This document shows positions 47,946 to 55,980 of a DNA stretch of 64,000 bases, piece by piece. Where the stretch lies: NCBI GenBank assembly GCA_050950065.1, contig JBMNGX010000005.1, positions 30,957 to 94,956 of the forward strand. Reading direction: 5' to 3'. This DNA is from Sphaerochaetaceae bacterium. GTDB taxonomy: Bacteria > Spirochaetota > Spirochaetia > Sphaerochaetales > Sphaerochaetaceae. Made by a program: the position numbers and the translations under genes. Under the pieces are notes generated by a model that was given only the letters and a program-made list of their open reading frames with translations, ran no database searches and was not told the origin of the DNA. Positions within the stretch are counted from its first letter, which is position 1. Every line of letters starts with the position of its first letter.

Positions 47946-48118
47946 TTATTTACATAGTAATTGGAGTTGTTGTTGCTGCTATCTTAGTGGCAACAACTCT
48001 CTTAATTAAAAATAAAAAGAAAGAGGTAGAAGATTTGTGGGTCTCCTTTAGCCAACAAAAGGGGTCAGAAAAGCCCCCACTACTACCAAAAGATAAAAAA
48101 CACCACCGCTTTAACTAA
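47942..48118 (+). CDS. unlisted 58-aa single-pass membrane protein, translationally coupled to the carboxyltransferase
   Basis: Its ATG overlaps the upstream TGA (ATGA at 47942-47945). Hand translation: MIIYIVIGVVVAAILVATTLLIKNKKKEVEDLWVSFSQQKGSEKPPLLPKDKKHHRFN. One N-terminal TM helix and a basic tail. Confidence 0.5.
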   Translation: MIIYIVIGVVVAAILVATTLLIKNKKKEVEDLWVSFSQQKGSEKPPLLPKDKKHHRFN

Positions 48119-48174
48119 AAACTTTAGTCGACACAACTAACAAGTGCCAGTTATACTTGTACCGTAGGTACCAA

Positions 48175-50599
48175 ATGGATAAAAGAGTTTTTGTAGCTGG
48201 CAAATCTAAAAAGCTTCTCGATGCGCTTGAATCCGTTATAAACAAAGATTTTACAAACTTAACTCAATTGATAAATCACCTAACTTTAGAAAAGATAAGA
48301 AACTCAGTTTGCATAATTGAAGATGAGATTTTAATAAAAGAGGACCAAAAGTACTTTGTCGATTTTCAACAAAGAGCTTTTGAAAATGGGTGCCGATTAA
48401 TTTTATTTGGAAATATTAAAAAATTATCTCAATTTAACTTTGATGATGTAATTAAAAAATCTTTAAGTAAAAAAGAAATTCAACTAAAAATCGAGCTTCA
48501 TCTCTCCTCTTTACGCCAAGTTGAAATTCTAAAAAGCACAACAAATATAAAAGTAGTAGTTAAAACTCTCTTTGAGGATGCCCCAATTGGAGTGATGATC
48601 AGCAAAGAAGATAAGAGTAAAAAGGGGGGCGAAGAGTTAGAGTATGTAAATAAAAAGTATTTAGAGTTAGCGGGTAGAAGTGAAAAAGAGATTGAAGTAG
48701 CTAACTGGGAGACATTTACCCACCCAGATGATCTTAAGATTGAGTTAATAAGACAAAAAGAGATGTTGGATGGGAAAGTTGCCTCTTACACTTTTGACAA
48801 AAGATATGTCCATCCCGATGGTAAAGTTGTTTGGGTTCAGCTAATTGCAGCAATTCTAGATTTAAAACCATACCGCTACCTGGTTCTTATTCAAGATATC
48901 ACCGAACAAAAAAATGTAGAGGGGCAACTAGCAGAGAGTGAAAGAAGCAGAAAAACATTTATGAGCCACCTTCCTGGGATGGCTTATCGGTGTAAATATG
49001 ATCAACACTGGACTATGGAGTTTGTCTCTGAAGGTTCAATAGAGTTGTTTGGTTATGAACCATCAGCTCTTAGTAAATAATAAAGAGATTATCTTTGGCC
49101 AACTGATTGTCCCCCCATACCAAGATATAATTAGAAAAGAGATTGATGAATCTATAAGTAAAAGAGAGCCCTTTAAAATTGAGTATGAAGTTGTCACTAA
49201 AGAGGGAAAAAGAAAATGGGTTTATGAAAAGGGGCAAGGAATTTATGAAGAGGATGGAACAGTGTGAGCATGTAGAGGGGATTATCTTAGATATTAGTGA
49301 ACGCAAAGAGATGGAGAAAAAGTACAACTACTATTATCAAAGAGATCGTGTTACCGACCTTATACAATTTCACCTACTTTGATTTTCTTTTAAAAGAACA
49401 ATTACCCACAGACTCTAAAAAAATAATAATTGGAATTAACTTAACCCCAGTTCATCAATTAGTGGCCCGTTATCGCTACTCTTATACTCAACTAATCTTA
49501 TTTGAATTAGTTAAAAAGTTTGAAGAGCTGTGTAGTGAAAATATTCAACTATTCTCTTTGTATGAGAATTGGTTAGCCCTCTATGTGAACAAGTATGGGG
49601 ATAAAGAGGAGATTGTAGATCTTTTAACTAAGGTCAAAGAGATTTTAAATGAAGTGTTGGGTAGTGAGTTTGTTGGATGGGGGATAGGCATTGTAGATAT
49701 TAAAGGCAATACAGATTTAACCACTGAGCAAATATTTAAAAACTTGATGGTAGCTGCCGATAAATCTTTAGATAGTTTTGATGATGAATTTAGGGTAGTT
49801 CACTTTGATAGCAAACTAGAAAAGCTCTTAGAAGAAGAGAACCTCATAACTGATAAAATTGTTGATTCTACCAATGGCAATAAAGAGGACTCCCTATATT
49901 TAGAGTACCAACCAATAGTGGACGCCAAAACAAATAAAATTTGGGCAGTTGAAGCTCTGGCTAGGATGAAAATCGAAACTCTAGGTGTAGTATCACCTGC
50001 TAAATTTATCCCAATTGCAGAAAAGACAAAACTTATTGTCCCTTTAGGTGAGAGGATAATTGAAAAATCGCTCGCATTTTATAAAGAGATTGCCAAAAAA
50101 ACAAAAGATAAAATATTAATTTCTATTAACATCTCCCCAATTCAACTTCTTAGTGAAGGTTTTGTTGAACAAGTTGAAAAAATAATTGTAGAAAGTGGTG
50201 TTAGTCCAAAGAGTATAATTTTTGAAATTACCGAAACTGCAGTTGCTTTAAACTTTGTTAAAATCAACTCAATTTTAAATGAATTGAAGGTGTTGGGAAT
50301 ATTAATAGCTTTAGATGACTTTGGTACTGGTTACTCTTCATTGCACCGAGGAAGTGAATTGGGAATTGATTTTATTAAGATTGATAAAACTTTTATTGAT
50401 CAACTGTTGTTAGTTGCTCGCCAATCTATAACCAGCCGACATTATCTCCATGGCACATAAAGTGGGACACAAAGTTATTGCTGAAGGTGTAGAGTATGAA
50501 GAGCAACAAGTTTACTTAATTGAACATAAATGTGACTATCTACAAGGCTATTTCGTTAGTGAACCACTGAAAGAGCAAGAAATTCTTAAACTTTATTGA
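48175..50599 (+). pseudogene. PAS-PAS-GGDEF(degenerate)-EAL cyclic-di-GMP signalling gene interrupted by four +1 frame changes
   Basis: Five consecutive frame segments (48175-49080, 49043-49267, 49179-49382, 49297-50460, 50435-50599) translate into one coherent multidomain protein. Domains are a receiver-like N-terminus, two PAS cores, a GGDEF-like domain lacking GGDEF, and an EAL domain (EALARM, DDFGTGYSS, QGY). Confidence 0.8.
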
Positions 50600-50711
50600 A
50601 CAAAATAGATAACCAATTATAGTAATGTAACTTAGTCACTCCACTAAAAGTACATTTATTTAGTAAATTGTATAGCGAGTCGTACAAAACTGCACGATAG
50701 CTCGATATTTC

Positions 50712-50729
50712 ATAACTTAACTAAGTTAT
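50712..50729. promoter_or_regulatory. inverted repeat ATAACTTA-AC-TAAGTTAT upstream of the CoA-disulfide reductase gene
   Basis: Perfect 8-bp arms, 26 bp upstream of the ATG at 50755. The half-site core TAACTT/AAGTTA is shared with the repeat at 5205-5226. Confidence 0.25.
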
Positions 50730-50754
50730 TTTTATATTTGACAGGAGAAAATTA

Positions 50755-52767
50755 ATGAAAGAACTTTTGATTATTGGTGGAGTTGCCTCTGGAGCAACAG
50801 CGGCAGCAAGGGCACGTCGCCTTAACAACGATGTTAACATAACAATTTTGGAAGCAGGAGCTGACGTCTCTTTTGCCAACTGTGGTCTTCCTTACTACCT
50901 AGGGGGAGATATTGAATACCGCTCCTCTTTAATTTTAGCTAGTCCTGAAACGTTTGATGATCAATACAAAGTGAAAGTTTACACAAACACTCAAGCTATT
51001 GAAATCGATCGAGAAAATAAAATAGTTAAAGCAGTTAATACAGAGACAAAAGAACAACACACATTCCCATACGACTCATTAATTTTAGCCCAAGGAGGAA
51101 AACCAATTATTCCCCCTTTAAAAGGTGTCGATAAAAAACATGTCTTCCAACTATGGACCTTAAAGGATATGGATGAAATTGATCTGTTCCTATATGAAAA
51201 TAATCCAAAAAAAGCTGTCGTAGTTGGAGGTGGATTTATTGGTTTAGAGATGGTTGAAGCTTTGGTTAAAAGGGGAATGGAAGTTACCCTTGTTGAGATG
51301 GCTCCCCAAGTGCTTCCCAACTTAGAGGGGGAGTTTGCCGGCTTTATAACCAAAGAGCTTTTAGACTATGGAGTTAAGTTGAAATTGGGAACTTCATTGC
51401 AAGAAGTTGAAGATGATAAAGTAATTTTAAGTGATGGAACTAGTGTAGAAACTGATTTTGTCCTTTTATCCATTGGGGTAAGACCAACATTACAATTAGC
51501 CAAAGATGCCAACTTAGAGTTGGGTAAAACTGGAAGCTTGTTGGTTAATGAGCAGTTGATGACTAACGACCCTGCAATTTTTGCAGCTGGGGATATGGTC
51601 GAAATTGAAGATCGAGTTTTAGGGAAACACATCAGAGTACCTTTAGCAGGACCTGCTAATAGGCAAGGAAGAATTGCTGGTGAGAACGCTTTAGGTGGTT
51701 CAAGAGTTTATAAAGGAACTTCAACCTCTTCGATAGTAAAAGTTTTTGAAGCAGTTGCTGGTTCTACAGGAATGAGTTTAAAAGCAGCACGGGATGCAGG
51801 TTTTAGTGCCGATGCAATAGTTATTCACAAAGTTAGCCATACAGCCTACTACAAGGGGGCTGAGATGGTTAGTGTTATGTTGATTTGGGACAGGGCCACC
51901 AAAAAGATTTTAGGTGGACAAGTTGCCGGTTATGTTGGAATTGATAAGAGAATTGATGTATTGGCAACTGCTATTGCTGGAGGGTTAACAATAGAAGATT
52001 TAGGGGAGCTTGGGTTATCGTATGCACCCCCATTTAACTCACCAAACGACCCAGTTAACATGGCCTCATTTACAGCAGTTAACCACGATACTGGCTTTAG
52101 CCCCTCAATTTTAGCTCAAGATTTAGAACTCTTTGTTAATGCAAAACAACCAGTTGTTATTGACTTGCGTGACCCAATCACTTTCTCCAAAGCTCATGTC
52201 TATAGTTCAAACAACATTAGCCAAGGTTCCTTAAGGGAGAATTTAGATCGAATCCCAGAGGGAGCTCCTATTTTATTAATCAGTGATGATGGACAAAAAT
52301 CACACGTAGTTTTAAGGATGTTAAAAGGTTCTGGGTTTGATGAAGTTTATAACTTAAGTGGTGGGTATACCTCTATTGAACGGCACGAAAGAGCTATTGG
52401 TTATAAGCACCTCTCTGCAGGACTATTTCCTATAACTAAGAAAAAGATTAAAGATGAAACTGGTTTAACTGATGATGTAGAAGTTGAAGAAGAACAACAA
52501 ATCGCAGATGTAGGTCCAGTTATTATCGATGTTCGAACTCCAATGGAGTTTAACTTAGGGGCAGTGCCTAACGCAATTAACGTAGGTTTAGATGTTCTTA
52601 AGAGGTGGGCTCAAGAGTTAGGTGATCATGATCGAGAGATTATCATCTACTGTGCAACAGGAGCTCGCTCCAGTTACGGAGTAAGACTTCTTCAACAAGT
52701 TGGCTTTACCAATGTATCCAACGGAGGAAGCCTCCACGAAATGATAGAGCGCTTCCCGCTCGACTAA
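50755..52767 (+). CDS. CoA-disulfide reductase / NADH oxidase-family flavoprotein fused to two rhodanese domains
   Basis: FAD motif IIGGVASGATAA and redox Cys in SFANCGLPYY. C-terminal rhodanese 1 lacks the catalytic Cys (LLISDDGQKS). Rhodanese 2 retains it (IIYCATGARS). Confidence 0.85.
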   Translation: MKELLIIGGVASGATAAARARRLNNDVNITILEAGADVSFANCGLPYYLGGDIEYRSSLILASPETFDDQYKVKVYTNTQAIEIDRENKIVKAVNTETKEQHTFPYDSLILAQGGKPIIPPLKGVDKKHVFQLWTLKDMDEIDLFLYENNPKKAVVVGGGFIGLEMVEALVKRGMEVTLVEMAPQVLPNLEGEFAGFITKELLDYGVKLKLGTSLQEVEDDKVILSDGTSVETDFVLLSIGVRPTLQLAKDANLELGKTGSLLVNEQLMTNDPAIFAAGDMVEIEDRVLGKHIRVPLAGPANRQGRIAGENALGGSRVYKGTSTSSIVKVFEAVAGSTGMSLKAARDAGFSADAIVIHKVSHTAYYKGAEMVSVMLIWDRATKKILGGQVAGYVGIDKRIDVLATAIAGGLTIEDLGELGLSYAPPFNSPNDPVNMASFTAVNHDTGFSPSILAQDLELFVNAKQPVVIDLRDPITFSKAHVYSSNNISQGSLRENLDRIPEGAPILLISDDGQKSHVVLRMLKGSGFDEVYNLSGGYTSIERHERAIGYKHLSAGLFPITKKKIKDETGLTDDVEVEEEQQIADVGPVIIDVRTPMEFNLGAVPNAINVGLDVLKRWAQELGDHDREIIIYCATGARSSYGVRLLQQVGFTNVSNGGSLHEMIERFPLD

Positions 52768-52773
52768 AAATAG

Positions 52774-52806
52774 TGCCGAAGAGAAAAACTCTTCGGCATT
52801 ATTATT
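52774..52806 (+). terminator. rho-independent terminator
   Basis: TGCCGAAGAG-AAAAA-CTCTTCGGCA followed by TTATTATT. Confidence 0.75.
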
Positions 52807-52923
52807 GTTATAAAAAAGACATTTTCTTTCGATTCAAAATCTATACAAGTTGTGGTAAATATCTAACCCTTATAAAACTCCACAAAGGCTGCATCTTGGA
52901 ACAGTCGTTGCTTCGTCGTTTAG

Positions 52924-53517
52924 AAAAACAAGAAGCTAGAAACATTTGGTTTTAATCTTGAAATTCAAGACAAGAGCAAGGTTGATGCTACAGTAAAAAA
53001 AACATTCATAAAAGAAGACTCTTTAGGTAAATTAATGTTCTTGGAATTTGCTGGAAATAAACAATCAAGAACAATTAAAATAAAACTGGAAGTTGATACG
53101 AACCCTCCCAAGGGGAGTATTGATGAACGTAAGATTATAGACTTCCCATACATTAGCTCTATTATGTGCCAAAACTTGCCTAGTCTGTTTGCAGGAAAAA
53201 TTCATGCGCTTCTATGTAGAGATCATATTAAGGGTAGAGATTGGTATGAATTTCTTTGGTACACCGCTCGGCAAACTTCAATAAACTACACTTTTTTACA
53301 AAATGCTATTTATCAATCTGGCCCTTGGAAAGGGGAAGATATAGCAGTAAATCATACATGGTGCATAGAAGAGCTCTCTAGTAAAATAAAGCAAATTGAT
53401 TGGTCATTTGCTGCACAAGATGTACAGAGATTTCTTAAACCAATTGAGATTGCTTCACTATCACTTTGGGATGACTTCTTGTTTTTAGAACAACTTAAAA
53501 AAATTCCAAACCACTAA
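52924..53517 (+). pseudogene. 5'-truncated nucleotidyltransferase AbiEii/AbiGii-type toxin remnant
   Basis: The frame is open only from 52924. It encodes the C-terminal two thirds of the family (KIKLEVDTNPP ... LPSLFAGKIHALLCRDHIKGRDWYEFLWY). The N-terminal nucleotidyltransferase motif is missing, and no antitoxin gene lies upstream. Confidence 0.6.
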
Positions 53518-53732
53518 AAATTGTTTGTAAGTATTAATATTCCTAAATTTTGATGAGTAGTACAAAAAGATCTCTCTTGTCTAAAAGAAACTATAAAACC
53601 AAAATAGTTTTATTTACATGGCATTTCCTTTAGCTTTAATATAAGTCTACACATACTCTCAATTAGTGAGAGAAAATGTAGACATAAAGAGTAGGTAGAA
53701 ATGTAGATATGCTTGTAGGTGAAGGTTGACTG

Positions 53733-53772
53733 TTAAACAAAAAAGGCTATCTACCTAAGTAAATAGCCTTTT
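53733..53772 (-). terminator. terminator hairpin downstream of tRNA-fMet (usable in both directions)
   Basis: AAGGCTATCTAC-CTAA-GTAAATAGCCTT, a 12-bp stem with one mismatch, flanked by an A-run and a T-run. Confidence 0.7.
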
Positions 53773-53778
53773 TGGTAT

Positions 53779-53851
<73 letters not shown>

Positions 53852-53913
53852 TCGACAATAAGGTACTATAACGGTCTATCAAAAAAGAGTCAACTACTAA
53901 TAGTAAAGAATAT

Positions 53914-53930
53914 TGTGTCAATATGACACA
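53914..53930. promoter_or_regulatory. palindrome TGTGTCA-ATA-TGACACA (candidate upstream activator site or tRNA promoter operator)
   Basis: Perfect 7-bp arms, about 190 bp upstream of the sigma-54-type promoter and about 65 bp upstream of the tRNA-fMet 5' end on the other strand. Confidence 0.25.
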
Positions 53931-53959
53931 GTAAATGATAAATCCTTGAATAATTTAGG

Positions 53960-53982
53960 TTGCATGTCTCAAGATGATGCAA
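53960..53982. promoter_or_regulatory. inverted repeat TTGCAT-N11-ATGCAA
   Basis: Perfect 6-bp arms, about 135 bp upstream of the sigma-54-type promoter. Confidence 0.2.
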
Positions 53983-54106
53983 ATTGAGCCATTTCGGACT
54001 CTAGTGTGACATAAAGTCCCATTTGCAGAAGTGTAAGAAATGTAAGATCTTAATTTAATATTTATAACACATTGTAATATAAGGAAATAAATAGACGATA
54101 TGAAGT

Positions 54107-54122
54107 TGGCACGCATAATGCT
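54107..54122 (+). promoter_or_regulatory. sigma-54 (RpoN) type -24/-12 promoter upstream of hsp20
   Basis: TTGGCACGCATAATGCTT against the consensus YTGGCACGrNNNTTGCW. GG and GC are at exact spacing and only two defined positions differ. It lies 44 nt upstream of the hsp20 ATG. Confidence 0.6.
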
Positions 54123-54165
54123 TATATAGTTAGTGTAAATAAGAATAATATTTTGGAGGTACAAA

Positions 54166-54609
54166 ATGAGATATGTAGTAACAAGAAACCCATCACAAGT
54201 AAGGAGTTCACGTGATTTTGACTCTTTATTTAACAGCCTATGGAACAATTGGGGTCTCCCCCAAACCAAAAGTCCATCAGTGGACATTTGGGAAGATGAG
54301 AAGAATTATGTATTAGAGGCAGAGCTTCCAGGAATGGATGAAAAAGATGTTGATGTCCATGTAGATAAACATGTTCTTAAGATTTCATCTTTATGTGAAG
54401 CAGAGAAAGAGACAAAGAGTAAAGAGGATGCATCTCCTCAATACTTAATCAGAGAGCGCTCATGCGTTAACTTTGAAAGAAGCTTTGCTCTTCCTGAGGG
54501 CGTTTATGAGGAGAAGATTGAAGGAACCTTTAAAAACGGTATTCTAACAATCACAATTCCAAAAGTTCCTGCTAAACAACCTAAAAAAATAGATGTTAAA
54601 CTAAAATAA
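54166..54609 (+). CDS. Hsp20/alpha-crystallin small heat-shock protein
   Basis: 147 aa with an alpha-crystallin domain (VDIWEDEKNYVLEAELPGMDEKDVDV ... GILTITIPK). GGAGG RBS. Confidence 0.9.
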   Translation: MRYVVTRNPSQVRSSRDFDSLFNSLWNNWGLPQTKSPSVDIWEDEKNYVLEAELPGMDEKDVDVHVDKHVLKISSLCEAEKETKSKEDASPQYLIRERSCVNFERSFALPEGVYEEKIEGTFKNGILTITIPKVPAKQPKKIDVKLK

Positions 54610-54633
54610 AATAGTAGGAGATCCAATAAAAAA

Positions 54634-54661
54634 GGTCGCACAATGTGTGGCCTTTTTCTTT
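54634..54661 (+). terminator. rho-independent terminator after hsp20
   Basis: GGTCGCAC-AAT-GTGTGGCC (two G-U pairs) followed by TTTTTCTTTT. Confidence 0.7.
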
Positions 54662-54687
54662 TAATGTGGCCAAAGGTTTGTTATACT
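54659..54687 (+). promoter_or_regulatory. candidate extended -10 promoter of the encapsulin operon
   Basis: TGtTATACT at 54679-54687, with a weak T-rich -35 region. Confidence 0.35.
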
Positions 54688-54729
54688 GAACTGTATTGAT
54701 TAGTAGGAATACTATTAACAGGAGGAAGT

Positions 54730-55086
54730 ATGTCATATTCAGAACCTTATGATAACTTAGATGAAAAATCGCGTGAAATCTCACGAGCAATTGCCAGCCT
54801 AAGAGAGGAACTTGAAGCAGTTGATTGGTATAACCAAAGGGTGGTCACCTCTAAAGACCCCGAACTCAAAGCAATTATGGCTCACAACCGAGATGAAGAA
54901 ATTGAGCACGCCTGTATGACCATTGAGTGGCTTAGACGCAACATGGACAAATGGGACGATGAGTTAAGAGAGTATCTATTTACCAGTGGGTCAATTGTTG
55001 AACTTGAAGAGGGAGCGACCGGTAAAAGTTCATCTTCTGGTGTAAAGGGAGATTCTTTAGCTATTGGCGATATGAAAGGGGAGTAA
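54730..55086 (+). CDS. encapsulated ferritin-like cargo protein (EncFtn/Flp) with C-terminal encapsulin targeting peptide
   Basis: 118 aa with ferroxidase-type residues (AVDWYNQR, RDEEIEHACM). A flexible Ser/Gly linker precedes the terminal DSLAIGDMKGE, which matches the SLxIGxLK-type targeting peptide. GGAGGAAG RBS. Confidence 0.8.
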   Translation: MSYSEPYDNLDEKSREISRAIASLREELEAVDWYNQRVVTSKDPELKAIMAHNRDEEIEHACMTIEWLRRNMDKWDDELREYLFTSGSIVELEEGATGKSSSSGVKGDSLAIGDMKGE

Positions 55087-55089
55087 TTT

Positions 55090-55881
55090 ATGGATAATTT
55101 AAAAAAAGAGTTAGCCCCTCTCTCTTCTCATGCATGGGAAGAGATTGAAAATAGGGCAGCAGAAGTTTTACGCTCACGTTTAAGTGCCCGTAAAGTTGTA
55201 AGAGTTGTTGGACCACTAGGGTGGAACCACACTGCAGTAACCGAAGGGCGAGTCGATTTGGTTGATGAAAGTGGCGATGTCAAAGTTGGTATTTATAGAA
55301 TTAGCCCTTTGTGTGAGACTAGGGTAAGATTCACCTTAAACAGGTGGGAGATGGATAACCTCAACAGAGGTGCCAAAGATATTGATTTAGATGCCTTAGA
55401 TGCTGCTGCAGAAAAAATTGCAGAATTTGAAGAGCAAGCTATCTACAAAGGGTACAAAGGGGGAGGAATTGTTGGTCTAGAGGAAGTTGCCTCTCACAAA
55501 CCAATCCCTTTTGGCAATGATGGTAGTACAATTATGGAGGCTGTCTCTACAGCCCTTTTAAAATTACGTACAAGCTATGTTAGTGGCCCATGTACTTTAG
55601 TTGTAGGAGACAAAGGGTGGTTGGAGTTAAATAAAGTTGTTAAAGGAACTCCACTATTAGATCGGATTGAAAGATTAGTTGGAACAAAAGTAGTCCACTC
55701 ATTTGCCGTTGATGGAGCATTTTTACTTCCTTACGACGATGAGAACTTAGAACTTTCCATTGGACAAGATTTTGCCTTAGGGTATGAGTCTCACGATACA
55801 AAAGAGGTGACTCTCTTTTTAACCGAATCTTTTACTTTTAGAGTTTTAGATCCAAATCTTATTGTCCCATTTAAGGTTTAA
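55090..55881 (+). CDS. family 1 encapsulin shell protein (HK97 fold, linocin M18-like)
   Basis: 263 aa. N-terminus LKKELAPLSSHAWEEIENRAAEVLRSRLSARKVVRVVGPLGW is typical of T=1 encapsulins. It starts 4 nt after the cargo gene. Confidence 0.85.
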   Translation: MDNLKKELAPLSSHAWEEIENRAAEVLRSRLSARKVVRVVGPLGWNHTAVTEGRVDLVDESGDVKVGIYRISPLCETRVRFTLNRWEMDNLNRGAKDIDLDALDAAAEKIAEFEEQAIYKGYKGGGIVGLEEVASHKPIPFGNDGSTIMEAVSTALLKLRTSYVSGPCTLVVGDKGWLELNKVVKGTPLLDRIERLVGTKVVHSFAVDGAFLLPYDDENLELSIGQDFALGYESHDTKEVTLFLTESFTFRVLDPNLIVPFKV

Positions 55882-55980
55882 AGAAAAGATTTTTAGCAAT
55901 TGAGCCCTGCAATTTTTGTGGGGCTCTTTAAGTTTAAAGTGGGTTGCCTATGACAAGCTCTTAGTGGTAAATTTAGCCCC

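Noticed and set aside
49377-49382. CTT TGA T at the end of the third frame segment, resembling the prfB programmed +1 frameshift site (CUU UGA C)
   Set aside because: The +1 frame already encodes the family-typical linker (DLYNFTYFDFLL, matching the D-x-L-T-x-L-x-N-R-x-x-F pattern) about 20 nt upstream of this stop. The frame change therefore most likely happened earlier, near 49359-49362. There is no SD-like stimulator upstream, and the other three junctions do not share the motif.
52773-53153. ORFs 52773-52955 (+) and 52965-53153 (-) in the toxin-remnant region
   Set aside because: The first begins inside the CoADR terminator hairpin. The second is antisense to the AbiEii-like frame. Neither has an RBS or a recognisable motif, so they are most likely noise in decaying DNA.
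53955-54287. 110-aa minus-strand ORF in the ORF track
   Set aside because: It spans the AT-rich hsp20 control region and overlaps the hsp20 start on the opposite strand. Composition is low-complexity Ile/Leu/Tyr-rich, there is no RBS, and the sigma-54 promoter and hsp20 explain the region better.
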